Source of the DNA: Candidatus Hydrogenedentota bacterium
GTDB lineage: Bacteria; Hydrogenedentota; Hydrogenedentia; Hydrogenedentales; SLHB01
Reading direction: 5' to 3'
Length of the DNA stretch: 48,020 nucleotides
NCBI GenBank assembly: GCA_034408725.1
Contig: JAWXCN010000007.1
Location: forward strand, 1 to 48,020
Part shown: positions 10,113 to 20,796 of the stretch, one piece after another
How the letters are laid out: each line of letters opens with the position of its first letter
Numbering within the stretch: position 1 is the first letter of the stretch
Translations under genes and position numbers: made by a program
Notes under the pieces: model-generated
What the model saw: only the letters and a program-made list of their open reading frames with translations
Database searches by the model: none
What the model was told of the DNA's origin: nothing

Positions 10113-10748
10113 TCACGGTTTGTTCCATCCCTCGATTCGAACTCGCCGGCCTTTAACCTGCACCCGGCCTTCGGCGATCAACTGAATGGCTTTTGGATAG
10201 ATTTCACGCTCTTTCGCCTGCACGCGCTCGGCAAGCGATTCCGGCGTGTCGTCGTCGTACACTGGCACGACCCCCTGCATAATAATTGGCCCCTCGTCAT
10301 AGCGTGCGTTTGCGAAGTGTACGGTACATCCGCTGACCTTTGCGCCGTACGCAATCACCGCCTCATGAACATGATGGCCAAACATGCCCTTGCCGCAAAA
10401 CGCAGGAATCAATCCGGGATGGACATTCACCACGCGGTTTTCGTAATCGGGCGGAATCTCGATCAAACTCATGAATCCTGCCATTACGACGAGGTCCGCG
10501 CGTTCCGCGCGAATCTCGTCCCACACGGCATAACTGAACGCGGGCGTATCCTCGTAGCGCGTACGCTCAATCAGCACACCCTGAATGCCTTGTTTGCGCG
10601 CGCGTTCAAGTCCATACGCATCCGCGCGCGACGCAATCACGCACGCGATCCGCGCGTTCAACGAACCGTCGGCAATGCGATCAATCAGGTTCTGCAATGT
10701 GGAACCGGAACCGGAAAGCAGCACCGCTAGTGAAATGGAATTCGGCAT
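10113..10748 (-). CDS. purN: Phosphoribosylglycinamide formyltransferase
   Basis: LAVLLSGSGSTLQ, LVVMAGFM, NVHPGLIP, GCTVHF...YDEGPII. Confidence 0.96.
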   Translation of the reverse strand: MPNSISLAVLLSGSGSTLQNLIDRIADGSLNARIACVIASRADAYGLERARKQGIQGVLIERTRYEDTPAFSYAVWDEIRAERADLVVMAGFMSLIEIPPDYENRVVNVHPGLIPAFCGKGMFGHHVHEAVIAYGAKVSGCTVHFANARYDEGPIIMQGVVPVYDDDTPESLAERVQAKEREIYPKAIQLIAEGRVQVKGRRVRIEGWNKP

Positions 10749-10810
10749 GCGCGCATCATGCCGCAACGCGCATGATAACGGCAACACCCGCGAGTGACTA
10801 GAGGCTTCGA

Positions 10811-10870
10811 CGTGTCCATGTCGGTCCGTGTCCGTCCGTGTCCGTCCATGTCCGTCCGTGTCCGTCCATG
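10811..10870. repeat. Tandem 10-bp repeat (tccgtcc[g/a]tg), about six units
   Basis: cgtgtccatg tcggtccgtg tccgtccgtg tccgtccatg tccgtccgtg tccgtccatg in a divergent intergenic region. Confidence 0.85.
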
Positions 10871-10932
10871 ACGACGTCCCATCCCTCGATCATGCTATAT
10901 TGTGCGCTCATTACCATCTTTGAGGGCTTCGT

Positions 10933-12021
10933 GTGAAACGCGCAATCCAGATTATCATTGGCATTCTTATCGCCATCGCGCTCATGTGGCTTTTGTTGAG
11001 GGGTGTATCGTGGACTGAACTGCGCGAGTCCATGAACAAAATGCACTGGGGCTGGCTGATCGTCGCGCAGATTCCCATCTGGCTCAGTTTCTTCCTGCGC
11101 ATTCAACGCTGGAAATATGTCGTCCGCGCGGTGCATCCCGCGTCGTTCCGCGCGATGTTCAATGCCACCCAGCTCGCATTTCTGGTGAACTTCACGATTG
11201 GTTTCCGGCTAGGCGAACTGGTGCGGCCGCTCGTGCTAAGCCGTCTCACGCGCATGCCCTTCGGAAAAGCATTCGCGGTCAATACGCTTGACCGCGTGAA
11301 TGATCTTATCGGCTTGCTTGTGGTGATGTTGGTGGGTGTGGTCGCGTTCCGGCCGGAAAACGACATTGTCCTGCCCGCCGGCACTTTCGGACTGGCCGAA
11401 CCGTACACGATTTCAAAAACAATTATTACTACCGGCGGCCAGGGTTCCGCGATTTTCTTGATCGTAATTCTCGTCGGCCTTGTAATGATCTATATCAACA
11501 AAAACTTGATGTTGCGCATTACAAACGCGATTGCCGGATTGGTTTCAAAGAAACTCGCGGTGTGGGCATCCCATATGGTCGAACAATTCGCAGAAGGCCT
11601 CCACGTATTCCGCGACCTCGGCGACATGGCGAAGTCCATCGCCTACTCGCTCGCCACGTGGGGATGCTTTCTCATCGTGTACGCGTGCATGTTCGAGGCA
11701 TTTGACCTCGACTGGCCGTGGTACGCGCCGTTCATCGCGCAGATACTGCTGGCATTCGCAATCAGCGCCCCAGGCGTGCCCGGGATGATGGGCCAGTTCC
11801 ACCTGCCCATCGTCGTCGGCATGCTCATGACCATCCCAGACGCCGCCCTGTCGGATTGTCTCGCGCTCGCGCTCATCACCCACGTCGCCAACATGATCCC
11901 GATTATTGTCTTTGGCGCGTACGCGCTCCACCGCGAAGGTCTCAGTCTAACGCAGTTGCGGGAGGACGTGGAAGAAGCCGAGGAAGCTGTGGAGCAGTTC
12001 GAAGAGAATTCCGCCAACTAA
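10933..12021 (+). CDS. Lysylphosphatidylglycerol synthase TM-domain (UPF0104 flippase-like) membrane protein
   Basis: FFLRIQRW, FRLGELVR, DRVNDL, PGVPGMMGQFH; multiple TM helices. Confidence 0.85.
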   Translation: MKRAIQIIIGILIAIALMWLLLRGVSWTELRESMNKMHWGWLIVAQIPIWLSFFLRIQRWKYVVRAVHPASFRAMFNATQLAFLVNFTIGFRLGELVRPLVLSRLTRMPFGKAFAVNTLDRVNDLIGLLVVMLVGVVAFRPENDIVLPAGTFGLAEPYTISKTIITTGGQGSAIFLIVILVGLVMIYINKNLMLRITNAIAGLVSKKLAVWASHMVEQFAEGLHVFRDLGDMAKSIAYSLATWGCFLIVYACMFEAFDLDWPWYAPFIAQILLAFAISAPGVPGMMGQFHLPIVVGMLMTIPDAALSDCLALALITHVANMIPIIVFGAYALHREGLSLTQLREDVEEAEEAVEQFEENSAN

Positions 12022-12027
12022 TTCAGC

Positions 12028-12558
12028 TCACTCAATGCGCGAGTTCCAGTAATTATGGAGGGCCTGCTGAATGTGTTCTCGTTCGAAATCGACCAAATCC
12101 GCTGAGTTTTGTTTAAATCGCAAGTACGCCACTATGGCAGTGCATTCCGCCTTGTTTAGCACCGACCACGTATATCGCTTGATGTCCGACCATGTGCGTT
12201 GTCCGTATCTTCGCTGATTGGCCAGCGTGGATCGCGACTTGTCATCAAGCCCATGCGTAAGGTGAAACAATACGTCGGTACGGTCGAGCAAACCGTCACA
12301 ATCCGCGATGAGATATGCCGGTAGATAGAAATGCAAGGCTTCATCGGAGAAAAAACACAATGCAGTCGCGAGACCGTCTGGCACTATGTCAAGAAATGCG
12401 GCATCCAATTCGGACCAATCTGTCTTGCCCTTGAATGCTGCTTCGACGAGAGACGGTTCGTAACCCCGGTCAATGCCAATCAAGCACCAATCACCGGGAT
12501 ACTCGACGTGCGCAAACGCGGATTGAATCATCTTTTTGATATCTTCCGCGTCTGACAT
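12028..12558 (-). CDS. Hypothetical protein (DUF6714-like)
   Basis: I..AFAHVEYPGD...LCFFSDEALHFYLPAYL; purine-rich RBS before ATG 12558. In frame with the upstream regulator remnant. Confidence 0.6.
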   Translation of the reverse strand: MSDAEDIKKMIQSAFAHVEYPGDWCLIGIDRGYEPSLVEAAFKGKTDWSELDAAFLDIVPDGLATALCFFSDEALHFYLPAYLIADCDGLLDRTDVLFHLTHGLDDKSRSTLANQRRYGQRTWSDIKRYTWSVLNKAECTAIVAYLRFKQNSADLVDFEREHIQQALHNYWNSRIE

Positions 12559-12831
12559 TTTCTTTTCCCTTAATTCACGCGAAACCGAGCGCGCTTTTGT
12601 TCCGGCGCCAAATTTCTTGCGCATCGCGCCAAAAATAGCCGCAAGATTCTCCATATTGATGTTTCCAGACGACGACAACATCCTATGCAAACTCTTGCTT
12701 GGCCGTGACGTAACGTTTCCAAGACGCTCGAACCCAATCGTGCCATTGACCAATTCTCGTAGAATGAGTCTGGCTGGCTCCGGGTCGCCGTTGAGAAACA
12801 ACGATGCCGCCTCGTCCAACATGATTCTCAC
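12559..12831 (-). pseudogene. N-terminally truncated HTH/antitoxin-like transcriptional regulator remnant, reading through into the downstream gene
   Basis: LDEAASLFLNGDPEPARLILRELVNGTIGFERL...SKSLHRMLS..GN..MENLAAIF resembles addiction-module antidote-like DNA-binding proteins but lacks their N-terminal helix. Confidence 0.55.
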
Positions 12832-12920
12832 ACATTTTCATCATCCCAATGTACAACAAAGTCTATTTGGAGCGCAGTGAGTACGACATTATCCTGGGAG
12901 AGGTTATGAATATAAAACAA

Positions 12921-12950
12921 CGCGGCCCCAAATTTGCATTCGGGGCCGCG
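12921..12950 (-). terminator. Intrinsic terminator downstream of groL
   Basis: cgcggcccc / ggggccgcg stem, followed on the minus strand by ttgttttat. Confidence 0.75.
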
Positions 12951-12977
12951 CCTGTTCAGTTCAAATAGAGGGCGGGC

Positions 12978-14630
<1,653 letters not shown>

Positions 14631-14682
14631 TCAATCGCGCGCTCGATGCGCGCACAATTGGATTGTTCAGTTTGTATCCCGT

Positions 14683-14973
14683 TTAGGATTCGATAATCGC
14701 CAGCACGTCGTCTTCACGCATGATGATGTGCTCATCACCGTCGATCTTCACTTCCGTGCCTGAATACTTGCCCATCAGGATGCGGTCACCCTTCTTCACC
14801 TCGAGCGGCACGCGCTTGCCGTCGTCGTCTAACCGGCCCGGGCCAACGGCGACCACTTTGCCTTCCTGCGGCTTTTCCTTCGCCGTGTCCGGAATAATAA
14901 TCCCGCCACGGACGGTCTCGCTGGGTTCCTCGCGCTTTACGAGAATCCGATCTGCCAACGGACGAACTTTCAT
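14683..14973 (-). CDS. groS: Co-chaperonin GroES
   Basis: [31 protein letters not shown] aggagg upstream of ATG 14973. Confidence 0.98.
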   Translation of the reverse strand: MKVRPLADRILVKREEPSETVRGGIIIPDTAKEKPQEGKVVAVGPGRLDDDGKRVPLEVKKGDRILMGKYSGTEVKIDGDEHIIMREDDVLAIIES

Positions 14974-15123
14974 GGAACCTGTCCTCCTAGGTTTTTCGGG
15001 CAGAACTGCCCGGATTTTCAACCGCCAAATTTCTTCTCACACCAGAAGCGCCATTTTGACAATTCAGAACCTCGTGAATTCGCACCGAATCCAAAGGTCG
15101 GCGGTGTGGAATTCACCAAGTTT

Positions 15124-15139
15124 AGCAACTCGCGTACCG
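15124..15139 (-). promoter_or_regulatory. Putative sigma54 (-24/-12) promoter for groES-groEL
   Basis: Minus strand cGGtACGcgagTTGCT; the GG/GC spacing matches TGGCACG-N4-TTGCW. Confidence 0.55.
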
Positions 15140-15215
15140 CAATGCAAGACATTTTACAAGTTACTTGATACTGGATATTTACACAGACTGATACATTTTA
15201 TTTTTTGTCCAGTAT

Positions 15216-15283
15216 CTGCCCAATTGGCAGTCTGATTCGCGAGTTTATTGAATTTAGGGCTTGAAGTAACTGCCATTTTGGCG
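15216..15283. promoter_or_regulatory. Paired TGCC-N5-GGC(A/G) palindromes, putative enhancer sites
   Basis: ctgcccaattggcag (15216-15230) and ctgccattttggcg (15270-15283), 54 bp apart; weaker copy gccattttgaca at 15050-15061. Confidence 0.45.
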
Positions 15284-15523
15284 CTATATTATCAAATGGT
15301 GTCGACGAGTGCCACGCGAGAAGCATAAACATGGCGTGCAACCCAGCGATGATCACTCACCACTGTCGGCGTTGACAACGCCAAGGTCAGTCCGGTTGAA
15401 TGGCCGCTCGCGAGTTGTAGTTGCGGTGGAGCGGCAAGGGCTCTTTCCGTTTTTTTTAACGGCGTTGGTTTGAGGCGTTTTCGATCTGTTCCCGAAGTTT
15501 TCCAAACGGGGGAGCTTGTTCTG

Positions 15524-16342
15524 ATGGCGTACACTGATTTGCTACCGAAGCGCGGCTTTGGCGGGACGTCGCGCACCGATGCGTGGTGGGTTCAGCCGCT
15601 CGTAGTTTTTATCGGCCTTTCCGCCTTCATCGTCTACACTACTTGGGCCGCGCTTCAGGGCGTAAATTATTTCTACGATGGGGGCGGCGCGCACTACCTC
15701 TCGCCGTTTTATTCGCCGCTGCTTTTCGGCCAGCCCAACGAACCGCGATGGTTTGGCGCGGAGCAGCCGGGCTGGTGGCCGCTGTGGCTGCCGTTTTCGC
15801 CGGCCTTCCTGATTCTAATTTTTCCGGCGGGCATGCGGTTCACCTGCTATTACTATCGCGGCGCATATTACAAATCCTTTTGGGCTGATCCGCCGTCGTG
15901 CGCCGTAGGCGAACCACGTAAGGGGTACCGTGGCGAACACAAGCTGCCGCTTATATTTCAAAACATTCACCGGTATTTCTTTTATCCGGCCGCGTTGCTC
16001 GTGGTCATTCTCGCGTACGACGCGTACTGCGCAATGTGGTTTCGCGGCGCGGACGGCGCGGAACACTTCGGAATCGGCGTTGGCACTATCGTACTTATGC
16101 TCAACGCGGTATTGTTGGGATGCTATACCTTCGGATGCCACTGCGCGCGCCACCAGATCGGCGGTCACGCCGACGTGCTGTCACGCATGCTCCCGCTCAA
16201 GAAGGCCTGCTATGGTTGCGTGAACGCATTAAACCGCCGGCACATGCAATGGGCGTGGGTCAGCCTCGTCTGGGTCGCGTTGTCGGACGTGTACGTGCGG
16301 CTTTGCGCCATGGGCGTGATAATTGATTGGAGAATTTTCTAA
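15524..16342 (+). CDS. Succinate dehydrogenase/fumarate reductase membrane anchor (mycobacterial Sdh1 Rv0249c-like)
   Basis: YLSPFYSP, RFTCYYYRGAYYKSFW.DPP.CAV.E, QNIHRYF, GCHCARH, HMQWAW; overlaps the sdhA start. Confidence 0.85.
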   Translation: MAYTDLLPKRGFGGTSRTDAWWVQPLVVFIGLSAFIVYTTWAALQGVNYFYDGGGAHYLSPFYSPLLFGQPNEPRWFGAEQPGWWPLWLPFSPAFLILIFPAGMRFTCYYYRGAYYKSFWADPPSCAVGEPRKGYRGEHKLPLIFQNIHRYFFYPAALLVVILAYDAYCAMWFRGADGAEHFGIGVGTIVLMLNAVLLGCYTFGCHCARHQIGGHADVLSRMLPLKKACYGCVNALNRRHMQWAWVSLVWVALSDVYVRLCAMGVIIDWRIF

Positions 16343-18166
16343 TGACGGAGTACAAATCGTTCGACTACGACGTGCTCGTCATTGGCGCGGGGGGGGGCGG
16401 GGTTGCGCGCTGCGATCGAGGCGTCGGCCGCGGGCGTCAAGGTCGGCGTTATCTGCAAATCGTTGCTCGGCAAGGCCCACACAGTCCTGGCAGAAGGCGG
16501 GGTCGCCGCGGCGATGGCGAATGTGGATGAGCGCGACAGTTGGCGCGTGCATTTTGCCGACACCATGCGCGGCGGACAGTATCTGAACAATCCTCGCATG
16601 GCGGAGCTGCACGCGAAGGAAGCGCCGGACCGCGTGCGCGAACTCGAGGCTTGGGGCGCGCTATTCGATCGCACGCAGGACGGGCGCATCCTTCAGCGCA
16701 ACTTCGGCGGCCACAAGTATCCGCGTCTCGCGCACGTCGGTGATCGCACCGGCCTCGAGATGATTCGAACCTTGCAGGACCACGGCATTCATCGCGGCAT
16801 CGAGTTTCACATGGAATGCACGGTAGTCACCCTCTTGAAAGATGGTGACCGCGTATCCGGCGCGTTTTGTTATGAACGCGAGCGCGGACGGTTCATGGTG
16901 TTCAAGGCAAAAGCCGTCGTCATCGCCACCGGCGGATTTGGCCGCGCATTCAAGATTACGAGCAACAGTTGGGAATACACCGGCGATGGCCATGCCCTCG
17001 CCTATCATGCCGGCGCAGAGCTGCTCGACATGGAGTTTGTTCAATTTCATCCGACGGGAATGGTCTGGCCGCCGAGCGTTCGCGGCATTCTGGTGACCGA
17101 GGGCGTGCGCGGGGAAGGCGGTGTGTTGCGCAACAGCCAGGGCAAGCGCTTTATGTTCAACGATATCCCCGAGCTTTACAAAAACCAGACCGCTGACAAC
17201 GAAGAAGAGGGCTGGCGCTACACGCAGGGTGATCGCAATGCGCGGCGTCCGCCGGAATTGCTTACGCGCGATCACGTCGCACGGTGTATCATGCGCGAGA
17301 TTCGGGAAGGACGCGGCAGCCCGCATGGTGGCGTGTTTTTGGATATCGCGTGGATCAAGGAGCGCGTGCCCAAAGGCGCGGAATACATCAAAAAGAAATT
17401 GCCGAGCATGTACCATCAGTTCAAAGAACTCGCGGGAATAGACATCACGCAGGAACCGATGGAAGTCGGCCCGACGACGCACTACGCAATGGGCGGCATT
17501 CGCGTCGAGGCGGATTCGCAGATGTCCTGCGTGCCCGGACTCTTTGCCGCGGGCGAGTGCGGCGCTGGCCTGCATGGCGCGAACCGGCTCGGCGGAAATT
17601 CGCTTTCCGATCTGTTGGTGTTCGGAATGCGGGCGGGCGGGTACGCCGCGACGTTTGCGAAAGAACACAACACGGTCGCGTTGGATGAACAACAGGTCGA
17701 TGCCGCGGCGAAGTGCGCTCTCGCGCCGCTCGAACGGCAGTCCCATTCGCCGAACGGCGAAGGGCCTTACCAAATCCAATTCGCATTGCAGGAAATGATG
17801 CAGGACCTTGTCGGCATTGTGCGCAACGACGGTGAAATGCGGCGAGCGCTGGAGGGCATCCGCGCGTTGCGGGAACGCGCGCGAAATGTTGTCGCCATCG
17901 GCAATCGCGAGTATAACCCTGGCTGGCACACCGCGCTGGATTTGGATAATTTGCTCGTCGTTTCCGAAGCCATCACTCTGGCAGGGATCGAGCGGAAAGA
18001 AAGCCGCGGCGCGCATTTTCGCGAGGACTATCCAGATAAGGCGGAGGACTTCGGAAAGTTGAATATCATTCTGCGAAAAGGTCCGGATGGGGACATGACC
18101 TTTAAGCAACTCCCTAGAATTGAGCCGACGGCGGAACACAAGCAAATCATCGAAGAGATGAAGTGA
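16342..18166 (+). CDS. sdhA: Succinate dehydrogenase/fumarate reductase flavoprotein subunit, with a +1 frameshift in a G9 run (16389-16397)
   Basis: MTEYKSFDYDVLVIGAG joins GAGLRAA if one G is removed; KAHTVLAEGG, QFHPTG, TEGVRGEGG, LHGANRLGGNSL, ESRGAHFR. Confidence 0.92.
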
Positions 18167-18240
18167 CGACGGTGGCCAGCTCGCGACATGTGTGATAGGG
18201 TGATGTCAAGACTCCAATGTGTGTGTAAGAGGGCTATCTG

Positions 18241-18471
18241 ATGACAATTGATGCGATATATGAGGGTGGCGTTTTCAAGCCCACGCGGCCAATACGATTA
18301 AAGGAAGGCACACACGTTCGCGTGCTGCTTGAGCAACACGTACAAGCGCCAGATCCGCGCCGTGCCGCCCAACTGCTGGCAGAGATTGCAAGTTTGCCTC
18401 TTGAGGGGCCAGGAGGCTTCTCTGGGAGAGACCACGACCAGGTGCTGTATGGGGAAGGACACGGTGCTTGA
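18241..18471 (+). CDS. Antitoxin (AF2212/DUF104-like)
   Basis: TIDAIYEGGVFKP..PI.LKEG..V.V and C-terminal RDHDQVLYG; overlaps the PIN toxin by 4 nt. Confidence 0.85.
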   Translation: MTIDAIYEGGVFKPTRPIRLKEGTHVRVLLEQHVQAPDPRRAAQLLAEIASLPLEGPGGFSGRDHDQVLYGEGHGA

Positions 18472-18869
18472 TTTTCGTCGATACCAGCGCATGGTTCGCG
18501 AGCATCGTGCCGGACGATGCCGACCATTTAATTGCCGTAACATGGTTGAATGCGAATCGCGAGTTACTGGTCACAAGCGACTACATTATTGACGAGACGC
18601 TAACGCTCCTCAGGTCGCGAAGCGAGGATCGATACGCCATCGAAATGGGAAAGCTTTTTTTCGGCCAGGAACTCGCCAGAATTGTGCAGGTAGAGGAAGA
18701 AGACATTCTGGATGCATGGGAAGTATTTCAGCAGTTCAAGGATAAAGCATGGAGCTTTACGGATTGTACCAGCAAAGTCCTGATAGAAAAAAACGGTATC
18801 GAGCTCGCATTCGCGTTTGATCGGCATTTCGCGCAATTCGGTACTGTCAAGTCGGTACCTTCGACATAA
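18468..18869 (+). CDS. vapC: PIN-domain VapC-family toxin
   Basis: IFVDTSAW, YIIDETLTLL, SFTDCTS, AFAFDRHF. Confidence 0.9.
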   Translation: MIFVDTSAWFASIVPDDADHLIAVTWLNANRELLVTSDYIIDETLTLLRSRSEDRYAIEMGKLFFGQELARIVQVEEEDILDAWEVFQQFKDKAWSFTDCTSKVLIEKNGIELAFAFDRHFAQFGTVKSVPST

Positions 18870-18907
18870 GTATAAGCGTCTTTAGGCCAAGCAAGGGAGA
18901 GCGGCCT

Positions 18908-19663
18908 ATGTCCAGAACCACGTTTCGCATTTGGCGCGGTGACGCGCAGGGTGGGAAGTTGCAGGACTACACCACTGAAATTACCGAAGGTATGGTGGTG
19001 TTGGACGCGGTGCATAATATCCAGGCGGAGCAGGCGAATGATCTCGCCGTGCGGTGGAACTGCAAGGCCGGAAAATGTGGGTCGTGCTCGGCGGAGGTGA
19101 ACGGAAAGCCGCGGCTCATGTGCATGACACGGATGAGCGATCTCCCGCTCGACAAACCGATCACCGTTGAACCCATGAGGGCGTTTCCCATTCTCAGAGA
19201 CCTCGTCACCGATGTCTCCTGGAACTACGAGGTGAAGAAAAAGATCAAGCCGTTCAAACCGCGCAAGCCCGACGCGCCGGACGGCACCTGGCGCATGCAG
19301 CAGGAAGACGTCGATCGCGTGCAGGAATTCCGCAAGTGCATCGAGTGCTTTCTGTGCCAGGACGTGTGCCACGTTTTACGCGATCATCATTTGCACAACG
19401 AGTTCGTTGGCCCGCGTTTTCTCATCTATGCCGCCGCGCTGGAAATGCACCCGCTCGATGTTGAAGACCGTGTGGAAGACCTGCGCAACGCGCACGGCAT
19501 CGGCTATTGCAACATTACCAAATGCTGCACGAAAGTTTGTCCCGAACACATTACCATTACCGACAACGGCATCATCCCATTGAAAGAACGCGTCGTGGAC
19601 CGTTACTACGATCCCCTGGTGCGGCTGTGGCGGTACGTATCGTCCAAAATTGGCGCGACGTAA
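18908..19663 (+). CDS. sdhB: Succinate dehydrogenase/fumarate reductase iron-sulfur subunit
   Basis: CKAGKCGSC, CIECFLCQDVC, CNITKCCTKVCP. Confidence 0.95.
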   Translation: MSRTTFRIWRGDAQGGKLQDYTTEITEGMVVLDAVHNIQAEQANDLAVRWNCKAGKCGSCSAEVNGKPRLMCMTRMSDLPLDKPITVEPMRAFPILRDLVTDVSWNYEVKKKIKPFKPRKPDAPDGTWRMQQEDVDRVQEFRKCIECFLCQDVCHVLRDHHLHNEFVGPRFLIYAAALEMHPLDVEDRVEDLRNAHGIGYCNITKCCTKVCPEHITITDNGIIPLKERVVDRYYDPLVRLWRYVSSKIGAT

Positions 19664-19725
19664 GCCCGCCCGGCAGGGAAACCGGGAGCAACGGATGGCC
19701 GTGAAGCTTTTGTAAAGGAGGCTGC

Positions 19726-20229
19726 ATGTTCGACGTCAAACCCATTTCCGCGGAGTCTGTCCCGAAAGCGATCGAGCGCGCCGAGCGTTACCGATTATTG
19801 AACGAGCCAGTCGAAGCTGAAAGTATTTGCCTCGACATCCTCGAAGTCGATCCCGGCAACCAGAAAGTCCTTGTCGTGCTGTTACTCGCCTTAACCGACC
19901 AGTTCGATTCCCATATGAACCCCGCGGCGATTTCGGAAGCCACCCGCGTACTCGGACGATTGCAAGACGAATACGCCCGCGCGTATTTCCATGGCGTAAT
20001 CTGCGAACGCCGCGCCAAGGCCCACTTCAACCGCGGCGGCATGGGCGACCGGTTTTCGGCACACGAGTGGTTCGTGCGCGCGATGGAGCACTACGAAACG
20101 GCTGAGGCCATCAAACCGGCCGGCAACGACGAAGCCATCCTCCGCTGGAACACCTGCGCCCGCATACTTAACCGGCACCGGGAGTTGGAACCTCCGCAGC
20201 GCGAAACAGCCGAACAAATGCTCGAATAG
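19726..20229 (+). CDS. Conserved hypothetical alpha-helical (TPR-like) protein
   Basis: Good RBS (aggagg); KAIERAERYRLLNEP..AESICLD and NDEAILRWNTCAR. Confidence 0.75.
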   Translation: MFDVKPISAESVPKAIERAERYRLLNEPVEAESICLDILEVDPGNQKVLVVLLLALTDQFDSHMNPAAISEATRVLGRLQDEYARAYFHGVICERRAKAHFNRGGMGDRFSAHEWFVRAMEHYETAEAIKPAGNDEAILRWNTCARILNRHRELEPPQRETAEQMLE

Positions 20230-20305
20230 CGCGCGTCTGGTGTCCCGCCAGACCGCGCGCTATCCGATTGTCGTCTCGCTATGGGATAGAGGCGTAGCTC
20301 GATGC

Positions 20306-20515
20306 TTACTTCTCGATGCGAACCGCGACCAGTTTGCGGACCATGAACGCGGCCAGGCCCATGCCAAGCAAGAGCATCGAGGTCGGCTCCGGCGCAATAG
20401 TGATCGCATCGACGTGAATTCCGGAGAACCCAAACGGAGCGGTCAAGGCGCCGGCGGTGCTCGCGAAAAAGAGAAGTCCCATCGCCGCTGCCAGGTGTGC
20501 GCTCTGCTTGACCAT
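20306..20515 (-). CDS. Very small PEP-CTERM sorting-domain protein
   Basis: Signal peptide ending STAGA, about 18 residues, then APEPTSMLLLGMGLAAFMVRK; RBS aaggag. Confidence 0.75.
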   Translation of the reverse strand: MVKQSAHLAAAMGLLFFASTAGALTAPFGFSGIHVDAITIAPEPTSMLLLGMGLAAFMVRKLVAVRIEK

Positions 20516-20568
20516 CGTCTGTTCTCCTTGTTACCGGCCTCGTTTACGGCGGCCATGTCAACATATAA

Positions 20569-20583
20569 ACAAACGGTGTGCCA
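20569..20583 (-). promoter_or_regulatory. Putative sigma54 promoter for the PEP-CTERM gene
   Basis: Minus strand TGGCAC-accgt-TTGT (one mismatch at -12), with an AT-rich tract upstream. Confidence 0.45.
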
Positions 20584-20796
20584 AGCAGACAATTTAAGTT
20601 ATAATACACTGCAACATAATTAGTTATGGCTTTGATGCCGTCATTTTTCATCGCTAGGTGCAATTCAGCTATAAAGCACTTCTGCTAAATAGTTTGTCAC
20701 AACAGACAACACTATGATTTCGATGATGTTTTCGCCGGAAACAAAATAACCGGGCCACCGACACGAAGGACGATGGCCCCAGCACTGATGAATCGG

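Noticed and set aside
15121-15148. CIRCE element upstream of groES
   Set aside because: Only a partial ttagca-actc half-site with an extra base and no matching GAGTGCTAA arm; the sigma54 reading fits better.
15403-15460. Hairpin (gccgctc/gagcggc) and T-run upstream of the sdh operon as an attenuator or riboswitch
   Set aside because: The T-run is separated from the stem and no known aptamer is recognisable; insufficient support.
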